Part shown: positions 25,401 through 40,400 of the stretch, piece after piece
Numbering within the stretch: the first letter of the stretch is position 1
How the letters are laid out: each line of letters starts with the position of its first letter
NCBI GenBank assembly: GCA_002633005.1
Contig: NMRA01000654.1
Span: 60,120-124,119, forward strand
DNA from: Phoronis australis
Lineage: Eukaryota > Animalia > Phoronida
Direction: 5' to 3'
Length of the DNA stretch: 64,000 nt
Notes under the pieces: model-generated
Told to the model about the DNA's origin: nothing
What the model saw: the letters and a program-made list of their open reading frames with translations, nothing else
The model's database searches: none
Made by a program: the position numbers and the translations under genes

Positions 25401-28400
25401 TAATTGTCCATAATGAAAAACCAAAAATTTTGATATCTGTTACTGAAAGAAGTCATATTTCACGAATTTGTTTTCCATTATCATGGAAAACCAGGGTGGT
25501 AGTAGAAAGTGCTGTAAAGTGTAGATTTTGTAAAAACCTTTCTTTCTGTGTGATTTGAGATATTTTTAAATGACTACAACACAAGCTTTCACCAGTTGCG
25601 TAGATTCACAGATTTCCTGTTTGTGAGTGTTTTCTAAATTGTGAACATGTGAGAGTTCAATCAATAGGACCAGCAAACTGATAGATCAGAACGTTGAATG
25701 GGTTATTTACAGTGTTGGATTCCATTTGGCAGTTCAGGGGTATGAATGTCTGACGGACAAAATCCTGGCTAATACTCTGCCCTCTCCCCTCCCCCCTAAC
25801 TCAGAATCTTGGATCTGCCCCTGATTTATATTATGAAAAACAAAATATAATGTGGTTTATACATATATACAACATTAGTAAGGATTTTTGGGCTTGGAAA
25901 GAACAAACTGTTGCTTGAAGCCTCCACAAGATGACTTGTTGTGATTGGTCACTTTATACATTGGGCGTGGTCTCACTAGCATTCATGGTGATGGATCACT
26001 TTGTCCATTGGGCATGGTCTCGTTAGCATTCATTGTGATGGATCACTTCATCCAGTGGGCGTGGTCTCACTAGCATTCATTAAAAACTTACGGACGTTTC
26101 TTTCTAAGCTCAGGAACCGCTTCACATTTGAGTGTGGAAAAGTTGTGACCAGTTTTGTATTGGTAAATTGTTGGGAAGTTTTGTGTATCTTTGGCGTCAG
26201 CTCTCGTTTACTGTAGCTTTAACACTGATGTTAATTTGGTCAAAACATGTGTCTAAATAATTTGGTTTATGTATAACACATGCAGGTGTCAGTTTGTATG
26301 GTATATGTCAACCTTGATATTGATTTGGTAATTGTTATAAATGTTCTGTTTTGCCTTAATACTGTTGCTATATTACCATGGTAACAACTCTTTCCAGAGT
26401 TCCCAGTCGCTATGGTCACGGCTCTCTCTACTACTGAACTTCCTGCCGGCTGAGTCCCTGATGACATCACAAGGTGTGTTAGTCATTAGTCAAGTGTCAC
26501 AGTTGTTGTTCAGGTGTACAATGTCAAGAGAAACTTAAGTTCAACTCACCTGTCTTTAATGCTGTGGGGCTATGAAAATGGCTTCCATTTGATCCCTCCT
26601 CTAACTTTGCTGGACAGACAAGGCAAGAGGGTATTGGGTGTTGTGCTATTAATTTCATTCACACATATTTCTCGACTTTGACTTCAACTCTAATTACGAT
26701 AGGTCTCCATGTATTTCACACAAAAATAAGTGCTGAAATGGCCATTTTTACATTTTTCATTGGCTGATTACCTTTTCGTAAACAGCGAGAACTTTAAAAC
26801 AATCTTTTTTATGACATCTACGTACTGCAAAGCATGCTTGTAATGGGCTAAAATGTTCTTAATCGTTATTTTTGACATAGTTTGGTAGCAGCCCTTCATT
26901 AATCTTCACTTTTATAGAGAAATTTGACAAAATAAAATTTCACTTGTCGGCCATATTGTGTGCTAAATAAGTGAAGAATTATTATTATTAAAACATTGTG
27001 AATCTGACCTTGTGATTACCCTCAAGTATGACACAATGCCTTTCTAATCTCCACTCACGTCACAGGTCACCTGTAGGTGACGCTGAACATTTGTCAGACA
27101 AGATTCTGTTGCAATCTTGGAACACGTCATGTTTCAATGGAATGTCTCCTTCTCAGGGAAAGGCAGTTAAACAGGTTTGGAATGAATTGTCTGTTGAGTT
27201 TTTATGAACAGTTTCATGTAAAAACTCCTCAGGGTTATTTGCTCACCCATGTTCACTTGCTCAACACATCTAAGCATTAAGGGCATGTTGTGAGAGTAAA
27301 GGATATCTGTGCTCAACACACTTACTTTGTTGCAATACCTATACCATGGTGTGTTGCATTACAAGGTGTGCGCAGTTTAAAGTCAAATAGATTTTGCACT
27401 GAACTGTATATCAATTTCCATCAGTTATGATAACCATTTATTAATAGAGTTTCAAGTGAATTCTCTGTCTTAGATATGTTTTCAAATGATTCAGAAGCTC
27501 AGTTGGACTGTTCTACCACATTGTATATTGTATTGTGTTGTATATTGTACTGTAGTCTTGTAGTGTATTGTATTGTATTGCATTGTATATCGTATTGTAT
27601 TTTGTATTGAAGCATCCATCTCGCTACTTATTCAGTGTGCTCTTTTTGTGTTTTCCAGAAGTGTGCCAAAATTCTGATGTTACAGAGAGCGTGTGCCTGT
27701 TCAGCGATCGGCCGGCTCAGTGGAACCAGCATGAGGCACTGGTAGAAGATGTAGTCGTCCGCAAACTTCCTCCGCTAATGGACGCCCATGCGCATCTGTC
27801 GTTCAAGAGAATATTGGACCTTAGTGACCGCCAAGAGGTAATATTGGTCATATGAGACTCTAAGAACATTCTGTTTTGAGGCCTCAGGTGAAGTAAAGCT
27901 CACTAGCTTTGGCTTCAATTAGAATCAACAGTTGGTTGACTGTATGTTGCGTTTTTCTCTGAGTGGGCGGAGATCATCACTGACCGGTGCTAATAGCTTT
28001 CAGTGCGGTGATAAACTGAAGAGTGGTTCTTGTTAATCAGTTCATTAATCTCGACCGTACCTTCACGGGTCTATCCGGACAAAATGTCCGACATAATGTC
28101 TGTTCCATGCCTTGACTTGTGTTAAACTCTTGTGTTAAACTCTTGTGTATCTCCCAGCAATTGTTATAGTCGTTGACAGATTCTCTAACCTGCTGTCTAT
28201 ATAGCTGACTCACTGTTGACGAACTTTTGTAACTGCTGACTTTGAAACCAACTCTCACTAAATCGTGCCTGAGAATTTATAGTCTTTTGCAATGTTCTGG
28301 AATATTTCACCAATTCTAGAACTTCTGGTATCTACCAGATTCTACAAACACATACTAGGCTCTAGAACTTTTCAGACCATGGCTCTGTATCAGTCACCAA

Positions 28401-31400
28401 TATGGTACTACGTACTAGAATATCCTCAAGTATTCTGTTATAAATAAATTACATAACCACTGACCTCACCTCATTGGCCGTGTCAATCAATTGCTATATG
28501 CTAATAAACAAATGGAACAACCAAATGAAACTTATATGACTAGACCCAGTGTCACTCTACCCCTGACACCCATGACTCAAATAATTGTCACTTTGTGAAA
28601 TGAAATTCGCAGAAAAATTATTAAAAGTAAGAATTTGAAAATAATTTCACGCATGTGCAGTAATTTGACCATATAATGATCGTAGAGAATGGTTTAAAAA
28701 TTGATGTGAAACCTTATTGGCCCTGATCTGTTGTCCATCCAAAGCTCTCTATCACCATCAGTGATACATCTTATTTCAAAGGGTCGCTGCGAAATTCGGT
28801 AAATGATTTATTATGCGCCCACGTATTTATATGTGGATGCATTATGCCGTCATCTCCGACCGTCCGTCTGGCGTCCGCTGCTCTATCTCCAAAACGCCTT
28901 GACGTATGTTCATGAAATTTTACACGTGTTCCTTTTGTGGATGGGACGGCATGAGCGAAATTTCGGATGAATCCGAGTACCGGTGAGCCCCCTAGTGGCA
29001 GTTTTAGTTTTTTATGTTTACCTGTGTATCTTTAAACGTTCTCAACGGATTTTCATAAAATTTGGTATATAGACACCTATTAGTGAGTTGACACTGTCCT
29101 CCTGTTATTGGATGGATTCAACGTAGTTTGCGCTACCTAGTGGCCATTTTTACTGTTTTCGAGTCTGTTTTTTGCGTCCACCCCTCTACCAACCAAACCG
29201 CTTAAAGGACAATTGTGAAAATTGGCATGTATGTTTTTACTATGAAGTGGATGGCTAGTGATGATTTTCCGACGATTTCGACAACTGTGGCGCCTCCTGG
29301 TGGCAATTTTTTTTTGCGCCTATGGCTGTATCTCCTAAACCGTTCGCAGGATCTTTACTAAGTTTAGTAAGTGTATTTATATAATGTTAACAACGAAGGA
29401 CGACGACTTTCAAACAGATCTGACTACTGGTGTGCCACCTAGTGGCAATTTATTTTTTTACGTTTACCTCTGTATTTTCAAAGTTCCTCAACGTATTTTC
29501 ATAAAATTTGGCATACAGGCATCTGTTAATGAGGTGACATAATTTCTTCGTTTTCAGATGGATTCGACCTAGTTTGCGCCACCTTGTGGCCATTTTTACT
29601 GTTTTCTAGTCTGTTTTTTGGCGTCCTCTCATCTATGAAGCAAACCGCTTTCAGGATAATTGTGAAAATTGGCATGTATGTTTTTACTATGAAGTGAATG
29701 GCTGGCAATGATTTGCTGACGAGTTTGACTTCTGTAGCGCCTCCTAGTGGCAGTTTTTTTTTTCCCGCTCATGGCTGTATCTCCTAAACCGTTTGTAGGA
29801 TGTTTACTTAATTTAGCAAGTGTATTTATATGATGTTGACAACAGACGACGACGACTTTTGGACAGATCTGGCTACTGGTGTGCCCCCTAGTGGCAATTT
29901 TATTATGCGCCCACATATTTATATGTGGACGCATTATGCCGTCATCTCTGTCCGTCCGTCCGTCCGGGCGGCGTCCGGCGTCCGCTGCTCTATCTCCAAA
30001 ACCCTTTGACATACGTTCATGAAATTTGGCACATATGTTCCATTCATGAATGGGACGGCATGTGCGAACTTTCGGACGGATCCGACTACCGGTGTGCCCC
30101 CTAGTGGCAATTTTAGTTTTTTACGCTTACCTTTGTATCTTCAAAAGTCCTGAACGGATTTTCATGAAATTTGGTATGTAGGCACCTAGTAGTGAGATGA
30201 CGCTATCCTGCCGTTTTCGGATGGATTCGACATAGTTTGCGCCACCTAGTGGCCATTTTTACTGTTTTCGAGTCTGTTTTTGTGCTTCCACCCCTCTATC
30301 AACCAAACCGCTCAAAGGATGATTGTGAAAATTGGCGTGTATGTGCTTACTATAAGGAAGACAGCTGACAATGATTTTCAGACGATTTGGACTACTGTGG
30401 CGCCTCCTAGTGGCAGTTTTGTTTTTTTGCGCCCATGGCTGTATCTCCCAAACCGTTTGCAGGATCTTTACTAAATTTAGCAAGTGTATTTATGTGATGT
30501 TGACAACGGACGATGACGACTTTAGGATGATTCTGATTACCGGTATGCCTCTAGTGGCAATTTTAGTATTTGCCTCTAGTGGCAATTTTAGTATTTTACA
30601 TTGACCTCTGTATTTTCATAGGTCTTCAGGTGTATACTTTGTGTTACTTCGTGACTGTGAAGGAAAAGTTCCAAGTAGAAATTTGTTTCTGGCATTCTAA
30701 TGCTGTGCTAATCTCGTATGTTGGTAAATTTGTTTTTAATTCTATGTTTCTGTGGTGCTTTAAGCAACTGGTGTATAGGATGTGCTTGTATTATGAAGAT
30801 TACTCACATTTTGCCCCTAGCCTATTGAGGAGACAATGACCATGCCTTTCCATTTTGCAAAGTATGCCCTCTACTGGCCACTTTATGGTACCAATAAACA
30901 ACCCTAGAAGGATACCGTATGCGGTGCAATTGTGGGCGCATTTCAACGCTCCGCGTTGCTCTTGTAGTTTTTTATGTTTACCAGTCTGTATCTTCAAAGG
31001 TCCTCAACAGATTTTCATAAAATTTTTAATATAGGCATCTACTGGTGAGATGACACTATCATCCTGTCTTTGGATGGAATCGAGGTATTTTGCGCCACCT
31101 AGTGGCCATTTTTGCTGTTTTCAAATCTTGTTTTTGACATCCACCCCTCGATCAACCAAGTCATTCTAGGGATGGTTTTGAAAATTGGCGTATATATTTC
31201 AGTGTGAAGAGGACGTTTGATGATGGTGACTGACTACTGTGGCACCTCCTAGTGGTAGTTTTGTTTTGTTTTTCGCCCATAGCTGTATCTCCATAACCCA
31301 CTGCAGGATCTTTATTAAATTTAATAAGTGTATTAATTTCATATGAAGATAACTGTCGACGACTTTCAGGCGGAGCGAGTGAACGCTGTGCCCACAAGTG

Positions 31401-34400
31401 GCAATTTCATTTTGTTCCGTCTTCCTTTGTTTCTCTGAAGTTCCTTGACAGAGTTTTATGAAATATGTCATGTTCCTGTTTTTGGATGGATTGTACGTTT
31501 TTGCGTCATCTATTGGCCATTTTTTATGATGCAAATAAATATCCCTAAAAGCACACCATTTGCGATGCATTCATGGGCGCATTTCAACGCTCTGCGTTTC
31601 TCTCGTTATGTTAAGGTATCACTGTTTCAAAATTTGTGTAATCCTCCTACTTGGAATTTTGCAGGCCATTCTGAGGGTTTGTTGTCTGCGAAAGTTTGGA
31701 CAGAGCATGGCCAAGATTGCCGAGCTCAATCTAAAGTATGATGCAGCAAAGCGTGTCTTCATCGGGCCACTACAACATGTTGGCAATAAGCAGCCAGCGG
31801 ACGCCAAGGCCGCTCAGCAGGAAATGGTGAGTGGGGAATTGTGGGTAGTTTTAAAGTCTACCTTAGGGTGGAGTTCAGTAGCTGTCTCACGGTGAGAAAA
31901 ATTTAGCCAAAATCGCATGCTCTCGTTATATTACATGGCATTACCTTGCGTAATCTCATGAAGTCATGCTTTTCTAGCGAGGTTCTAGCATTACTGAACT
32001 CTACCCAGGATGCCAGTTCATCTCAGCAGTTAGTAGTTTAGGAAAATGTGGATGTTGTTACGGAGCTCGGCATGAAAGCTTGTCTGATTGGCTTTGTACA
32101 AAATTCATTTACATTGTGAATTGGGCGAGTGGATCTTAAAAAATAGCTGCCCCACTGTCTAGTGAATAATTGGTCACAGGTAAGAAAACTGTCAGAAATG
32201 TTTGCCCCTCAGCGCTAGTACATATGTCCACATTCAACATTGAAGGCATATGTGTGAGTGGCTGCCAACCATGTCTGGTCTTTTGGACAGGTGTGTACTG
32301 AAAGGAAAAATGTTATGCAGTCATGGTTTACATGCGATTCCTGAGTAGTGTCAAATCCTGATTAAATCTGCGGGTCATAGACTGTTAGCCAATCACAGTT
32401 TTGGCAATGTTCACTGACACGGCAAGTCAATGTATTCCGTGCCGTACATGCGTGAGTAGGTCATTGAGATAGTATTACATCGCATGGGAAAATATTTCAT
32501 TCAAACAATATCGTGCATGTCTGTAGCTGTGGAATACAGTAAACATGGCTCAGATTTGGCTCCGAAAACTGCGACGAAAGACGGATTCTTTTGAAAAACA
32601 AACTTGTGGTACAGAATGTAATCCTGTGACTCATTATGGTGTTAGTAGGTGTCACTAGGTGTCACTTTCTACTATGCCACTGCAAAAGCAGCTATAGGAT
32701 GTGATTTCTTAGAGGAAACCGGGTTTAAAATTATTTTGTGTCAACATTTTAAAGCACACCATCTCTGTTTAGAAAGTAAACTGAGAAGCAAAACATCTGA
32801 GTGTTTGGTAGCTCATTAGAGGCTGTTCTAGCTAATCTTTTGCTATGCTGGAGCTGGCGGTTATGCGATCATAGATGTTTGAAATTTGCAATTTTGACCA
32901 AAAAATGTTTTTGTTGCTGCTGCCCAAAACATGGAAAATGTCTCAAAAGTACTGAAACTTGTTGAAAATATACGGAAGGAATGATATTTGGGCCGGCATC
33001 TCTACTGTTGTGCATAATCCTACCCCCTGTGATGTTAGACAACACATGATATTGTGACGAGGACAATTGTGAGGCCCATGTGTTAGCTCATGTTCATTTA
33101 TAACATTTTACAACTTCCACGTGAGGCAGGAAATGTTTGTACGCAATTATTACTGTGTTGAGGAGTTGAGGAATTTAGAGGAGCGCTTAGTTTGATCACA
33201 TACTTTTAGATTATGATTTACAATACATGAGGCTAGTCAGAATAGATTCTCATTTCGTCAAGTAACTGAAGTGATTTACAATACATGAGGCTAGTCAGAA
33301 TAAATTCTCATTTCGTCAAGTAACTGTGAAGTGATTTACAATACATGAGGCTAGTCGGAATATATTCTCATTTCGTCAAGTAACTGAAGTGATTTACAAT
33401 ACATGAGGCTAGTCGGAATAGATTCTCATTTCGTCAAGTAACTGAAGTGATTTACAATACATGATGCTAGTCAGAATAGGTTCTCATTTCATCAAGTAAC
33501 TGAAGTGATTTACAATACATGAGGCTAGTCAGAATAGATTCTCATTTCGTCAAGTAACTGAAGTGATTTACAATACATGAGGCTAGTCAGAATAAATTCT
33601 CATTTCGTCAAGTAACTGAAGTGATTTACAATACATGAGGCTAGTCAGAATAGATTCTCATTTCGTCAAGTAACTGAAGTGATTTGGCGAAAAGAATTAT
33701 TCCAGCTGAATTGGCTAGCAAAACTGCATTCACAAAACTGGAGGTGGTTATGTAGAACCCTAACTTTTGAACGTCATTTCCCAGAAATCACTGACCGGGT
33801 CCATGTGAAACCTTAAATACTGTGCTTTATGCATTGTTCTCAAAATACCTTTAGGAATTGCTTTCAAAATCTTCAACTTTCGCATGAAAGGATTTCAAAA
33901 AATAGGATTTTTTGCTTATCAAAACAAATGCTCAACAAAAAGTAAACAAAGTTGTCAGACGATTGACTGTGGGTTTGTTTAAAAGGTAGCTATGCTTTGA
34001 GATTGTGCGTAGATGGAGAGTGAATAATTAAACCCAGTAATTAATTTATTATATGATAACCTCTAATTAGACAAGTGAAACCTGTTGTTAATTAAATAAT
34101 CAACTACAAAGAAGAGTAACTACGCTAGCGCCCTCTTCAATCAATCAACCACAATAAGCAAATGTCTTGTCTGCTATCCAAGCTAGGACTCTCCACTTAT
34201 TAGATGGCTGTCCTGTTGGTGAATCTTCGAACTACACACACTGTATGGTGACAGTGCACTTGCTGGTCACCGTCTCTGGTAATGCAACACTTACAGGCAA
34301 TTTCTTCTACCTGCGATTCTTCTTGCTGGTCACAGTCTCTGGCTGGTGACACAACACTTCAGGTTGTATCTTACTACCCACGATGCAAGTGACAAGCTCT

Positions 34401-37400
34401 TAGTTAACTTCCTGTTCATTAACCCTTGCCCTTGCCAAGATCCTTTCTAGAATCTTCCACGAGATGGCTCCATCGTACAATTTCCTCTGTACACTGTAGC
34501 AAGTCTTTATGCTTCAACTACTATAGCTCATCTGAATTTCTTTTTGACTAAGCCCATATTATAATATTCTACTTATTTATTGATTGGTTAATAAAAAACA
34601 CATGATTATATCCAATCATATCATTGGCTGTTACAGTTTGTTCTCAGAATTTTCTAGAATCTCTAGAGTACTTTGACCCCAGAACCCAAATTTGTAAACA
34701 CCATTTAAAAATAGATTTTGACGTTAAAGTACGTGTCAACAAGTTTGACCCCATGATTTAAAAGTACATATGCACAAATTTTGGGCAACTTAAAATGGAT
34801 CTATTCTTACTAATTACTTAATCAATATATTATATTTATTCTGACAAAAGGGTTTATTTAGAAACCTGCTGAAACAATATTTTTGAGGTTCTCCAAATAA
34901 TGGCAGGTCAATATAGCATAAAGTCAAAAATCAAATTCAGCAGGCTTCCTTCTTTCAGATTATGCTTTTATCTGCTAATTGGCTAATTACACAAACTCAA
35001 AGATCTTACATAACTTTTGTTTGCTAAAAAGGTGTGTTGAGCCCTGTTTTAAGTCGATTAGACTAGGATAGCCCTTCATATGGCAAAGGTTGTGGATTTC
35101 AGTTTAAATATGGAATGTTTTGAAAATGGCTGTTTCTTGATTGATCAGAGCCCATTTAACAGGTAGTTTAGCTGTGCTTCAATATTGCTTGTCTCATTAA
35201 CTCATTACTGCCAATTTTCTTGGAACTGCATTAAGAAGTGCCTATTAAATTTTGAGGAAAATTAGAAAATTGGGTGTAAAAACTACATTGCAAAATTTTT
35301 ATTGTTGATTGATTTTTATGAAACTTTGAAGGTAAGATGTACGTGTTGTTTTGTGATATTTTTAAATTATATAACATTATATGTCCAGGTAGGTTTTCAC
35401 CAGGTAGAGTTTTCAAGATTTTGGGTGAAAAAAACAAGTATCAATGGTCAGTAGAGGGTATTAAACCTGTTCTGCGGATCCCAAACCACAATCATTTTGA
35501 AGTTGAGTTAATTAATCATCGACGTACGACAGGTTATCATCAATCACTTGTCTACAGGTAGTCGATCAATGGTAATTTCCCCAAAAAACGGAGACAAGTT
35601 GAAAAACTTGACCTTCTTTTGGTATTCAGTAAAACCATCATGCTCTCGCCTGATGATGTCGTTAAACTGTAGTTCGACTGATGATGTCGTTAAACTTTAG
35701 TTATCTGTCAGACTGTCATGAACTCTCCCATGAGTGAGTTGGTTGAGTTGCCAAAAGCAGCGTTTGGGGGTGAAATAGTCTTCAGGATTGAATTTGTTGT
35801 GCGTTTGTCATGAGTACTCTAATGAATGCTGACCACAACACGGGATTTCTCCAAGTTACTTACGTGTTTTGCTGGGGTCATTATCCCCATTGTTGTCATT
35901 AACGCGCACTTCAATGGAGACTATTTGCGCCCACTCAGCTATCTAGTCACTTGACGTACTAATGTCTCGCGTCACTTCTGAACATGCTAGTTGACAGTCT
36001 CGGTCACATGCTCCATTATATCAGCTGACAATTTGAAATCTGTTTTTGAAGTGTTGCACATACAGAGACAAATTTCATCAAACTCGGATGGAAACGTGGT
36101 GAAAAATTAGTTAATCATTTGAAAATTAGCCATAAATTTTCGCTCTGAAATTTCTTCATTTTTTGACAGCTGCATGTTTTGTCAACCTGTTCTTAAAGCT
36201 AGTGCAGTTTTTCCGTCGTCTGCCCCCACTGGGAGGTCATGTGGTCTATTAAGTATGCACACATTCTTAAATCATGCCATTATTATGATCATTATCACTA
36301 TCATTATCATTATTATTTCTGTTAATGGTCTTATCAGTATTGTTTTTGTAGTCGGCAGTCATTTGGCCACAGTTGAAGCAAAATCGCAAGCGTTTTAGAA
36401 AGACTTCACCACCTTTGGGGCGTTTGCAGAAAGTTTTAACGAATTGACCCATAATGTTTGGCAACTGTCTATCTTTAGATGTGTCATGAATTAAACATTT
36501 GGAAGACTGATTATGACATTTTTTCCAATTTAATCCAGTCTCTTCTATTTGACTCCGACCAAAATTTGTCAAAATAGGGAACCTTTTCTAGTAATGACGA
36601 TTTCAATTGCCTGTCCATTCATTTATCTTTCTATGTCCAATTATTGAGATGACCCTATTTTCAAGAAAATAATTGTTAAGTTCTGAAAGAAGTTGATGTT
36701 TGCTTGGGCTAATGAGTTTCCAGACTTTTTCAAACACAGTTCTTCATCAAGCTGTGTATTCTTTTTAGCTGATAATATATGGAATAAGTAAAACGCTGTT
36801 CTGTTAACTTTCTCAAGAAGAATAAACAGAAAGAAGAGTTTTCTTCATTATTAATGCACTCTTTTGTGATAACTCTGGGCTAAAATGCACGATCGCTTGC
36901 AACAATGTAGGTCAGCTTTGAAAAATGAAAAAATGCGAACTAATTATTTTTCTGTAAAATGACGGAAGAACTGTCATGTTCTGCAGACCAGACTCTCTGG
37001 TCTCTGGTACTAATCATTCCATTGATTTCATGTGTTACACAGGTCATATCAATATTGGTTTTGTGTAGAAGGGAACTACGCCAACATGAACTAATTATAA
37101 AATAACACAGGCATGAGTTTTAAACCAACCACCAAAGCTCTGGCGCTGAGTGTGATGTTACTAGTGAGCCTAATGGTTATTGGAGATGGTAATAAGTCTC
37201 TAATTTATATCTGACTTCTGGGGATGTAGATAAGAAAAAATTTGAGTCTGCTTATGGGAAGGCTAGATGGAAACAGCCAAGTTCCATGTTCCGTACCCAC
37301 AGTCCTTCACACCCACAACAGGGTGATCTTTCAATTTTGTCTTTGTGCCATTGAGGTTCACATACTACTCTTTTGTCTGTCTTCGTTCTGTAAATTTCAA

Positions 37401-40400
37401 GCTTCAATAAACCCAACTTGCACCACAAAACCAACTTTTAACTTAGGCCACTTTCCACGATTATGAAATTGGACTCAAATTATCTCTACAGCCATGTCCA
37501 CACTTTGAGTTGCCTTAAAAAGACTTTGCCCCAGTTTTGCCGGGTGTCCACCATGCGACAACTATGGCGCAAAAATGATTAGACAGCCCAGTGTGTGTAA
37601 CTGAGCAAGCATGCAGGTGGCAATTACATCCTCTTAGTCTACAGATTTGCGTCCACACTACAACTTGCACCAGGGCAAGTTACCCCAGGACAAGTTACTA
37701 GATACCTTTATAAGGTGGGGTAAGTTGTCCCAGAACAAATGACGTTCACACTGGTAACTTGTTCTTGGATAACTCATAGTGTGGATGACACTTGAGCAGC
37801 GAAATTAGACATGATTTCAGACCTTCAGAAGAATAGGCAGTTTCTTATTGGTTGAGATCAGGCTCTTCTAGTTGACTTGTGACAGCACCGCGTCATTTTA
37901 TGCCCTGAGCACAGTCTCAAGGAATAACAAACTGTTGGCTGCATACCCAGAAACTCCTGCTCTTCTTAGTAAGGAACTAGTTGAGACCAATGTTATAGTA
38001 GTAAGTGTTCTAATTAAAAAAGTGTGATTCTTGGACAGTGTGGGTATATGGCCTAAGCTTGGATTACGTTCAATCTTCCGATGTTGTCATCGCAGTTTGT
38101 GTCATGTTATGAGCTGCAGTTTAGACATGAGGAATGTGATATACGCTGTGGTATGAGATTCCCACGTGACAAAATGTGCCTGCTGTTCTTCAGTTTCTCT
38201 TTTCTTGTTTCTTTGCACTGAAGAGCTCATTTTGGCTTTCCACTCTTCATGGAAAACTTGGAAACATCTAAAAGGGTTGCATTTATGGAAATCTCATTTT
38301 GCAACATGAGAAAGGGTAATAAGTCATGGAATATTTCATAAAATATGTGATAAACTCATTTTCTTCATAACTAGCTCGTTCATTCAACTATGTTTGACAG
38401 CATAATTACTGTGTCTATTTTGGGTGGAAATAGCTAGCAGAAAATGATAATAAAACAATGGAAACTATGTTTGGGGTATGACGTTTTTTATTTATTTATT
38501 TATCAATGTAATATTTATAATGAGGGTAGCCCCATCAGTTCACACTGTTTTCCATGGAGGCCCTTGGTTGTCTTGCGGATGATTGGTTGTAAAACCCCAG
38601 TTACTAGGACACCTACTAGGCTTACGGTGACATTTTGGAAAGTGGTCTGGCATTCGTACACTTCCTGGTGATTGAGAACACATGCACTGGACCTCATACT
38701 CAGCATCAATTGTTATTTTTAAAGACAACCTTTCCTTTTTTTCCGTTAGTTGAGATCTCAGAAAGAGTTTCATTCCTGGAGAGATGTCTCTACATTTCAT
38801 GCTTTGCATTCCTGTGTGTATTTGTGTTTTTATTGGAAAGTCATAAAAAGTGAAGAACAAGGTTGTTCATTTCTAGTTGGTTTACCATCAGAAAAACAAA
38901 AGTTACTTGGAAACTTCCATATGCAATTCTGGGTATGGTAAACTGCCTTAAAATTCAAACTAAATTAATGACCGAAATTATCATTTTTATCATTTTTCAG
39001 ATGCTCACTGTATTGCCAAAAATTTTCAAAATTTTGTGTTTTTGTTCATGACTACCATGATGGCAAATACAGTGTCCTAGTAATTAAGTGAAGTCGTCTT
39101 CTTCTATACTCTTCGTTGAAAATTAAAAAATAAAATTTTAACATTCTTCATATTGTGTTCTAATTTGAAGAGACTTTACTGTATTTTGGGAACATATGAT
39201 TACGTCTAAGAAGCATAACCTGGGAAATTCATTTTGATTTGTTTTCAACTGAAAAATTTTGATTGGTATGTGAGCATTTTCAAACGACTTACGTATCCAG
39301 AGCTGAAAATATTTTCAAAAGCTGTTTTTAAAGTTGCTTTCTTGTAAGCTTTTAGATAACTGTGTTAATGTCAGTTTAATCTGCTCATTGGACTGATCCA
39401 AGTAGGGCCTGTATGGGACTCCACACTACAATTGTGTGTAGCCCTAGACTAATGTCCAAGTTTAGATAACTTTGAGCATCTATCTCTGAAATGACGGATT
39501 GGGTTTCAACAATTTTTTTCCAATCTTTATAGGCTATTCTCCAGAATTGTTTTTAAGGTGGTTCACTTTTGCATCAGATACTATCAAAAATACGACCTCC
39601 ACAATTTTGAGTATGAACTCAGCAATTGCCAAATGAAAAGAAAACAATTTAGAAAACCTAAACAGCGTTTTTGAGATTCTGCCTTGAACATCTTTATTAA
39701 AAGAAATTTGTTGAGATTTGATGCCATTGTTGGCTACGAATATACCTTTTTTTGTCCAAAAAAGGTCACATTACCCTCTGACACACTGCTATATAAAGAC
39801 AATAATCCGATTTTACACCCTTTCTAATTTCAGATAAACATACATTCTACTGAACCTGTGTAACATTCTATACTTTTATAGATATTTGGGCAAAATGTGC
39901 AGATTTGACAATAGGTTTTCACTTCCATCCTTAACATGGAACGTGCTTAGGTACAGCAAAAACACCTAGAAAAGCAATAGATGTCTAAATTCAAAGTGTG
40001 AATATTGATTATAGTTGCTTTTCTGACTGTTCATAAGTGCACTCATCTGTCTCATCGTTGCTGCCATTGAAAATACACATTTTACTGCATGGAATGGTTG
40101 AACCAGTGCTAGACATACTCCAATTCTTTGTTTTCAGTGTTTTTGTGCCAATCCATATTTTCTTTCCTACCGATTCTTGACTCCGCCCCCTGTGCTGTTG
40201 CAATGACAGCTGTGATCTGCTTAAACCAGGCTTACTGAGTGTGAGTGTGTGCAGTGGACCACACAATTATATGTAAATTAGAAATTAGGAGACTGGGCAA
40301 ATCCTAACATAGCTCTCTAATAGGCCATCACAGTATTCCCACTGAAAATCTGCTCTCTGATGTCATTGTCCTGAAAACAGTGATGCATTACTGGTTCACT

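Noticed and set aside
27937-28555. Possible solo LTR (also ~33960-34640)
   Set aside because: LTR-like composition, but I could not define convincing termini plus TSD.
33215-33685. Possible CRISPR-like array (also 45189-45645, 10658-10989)
   Set aside because: Units are head-to-tail with no unique spacers, there are no cas genes, and the context is a eukaryotic intron.
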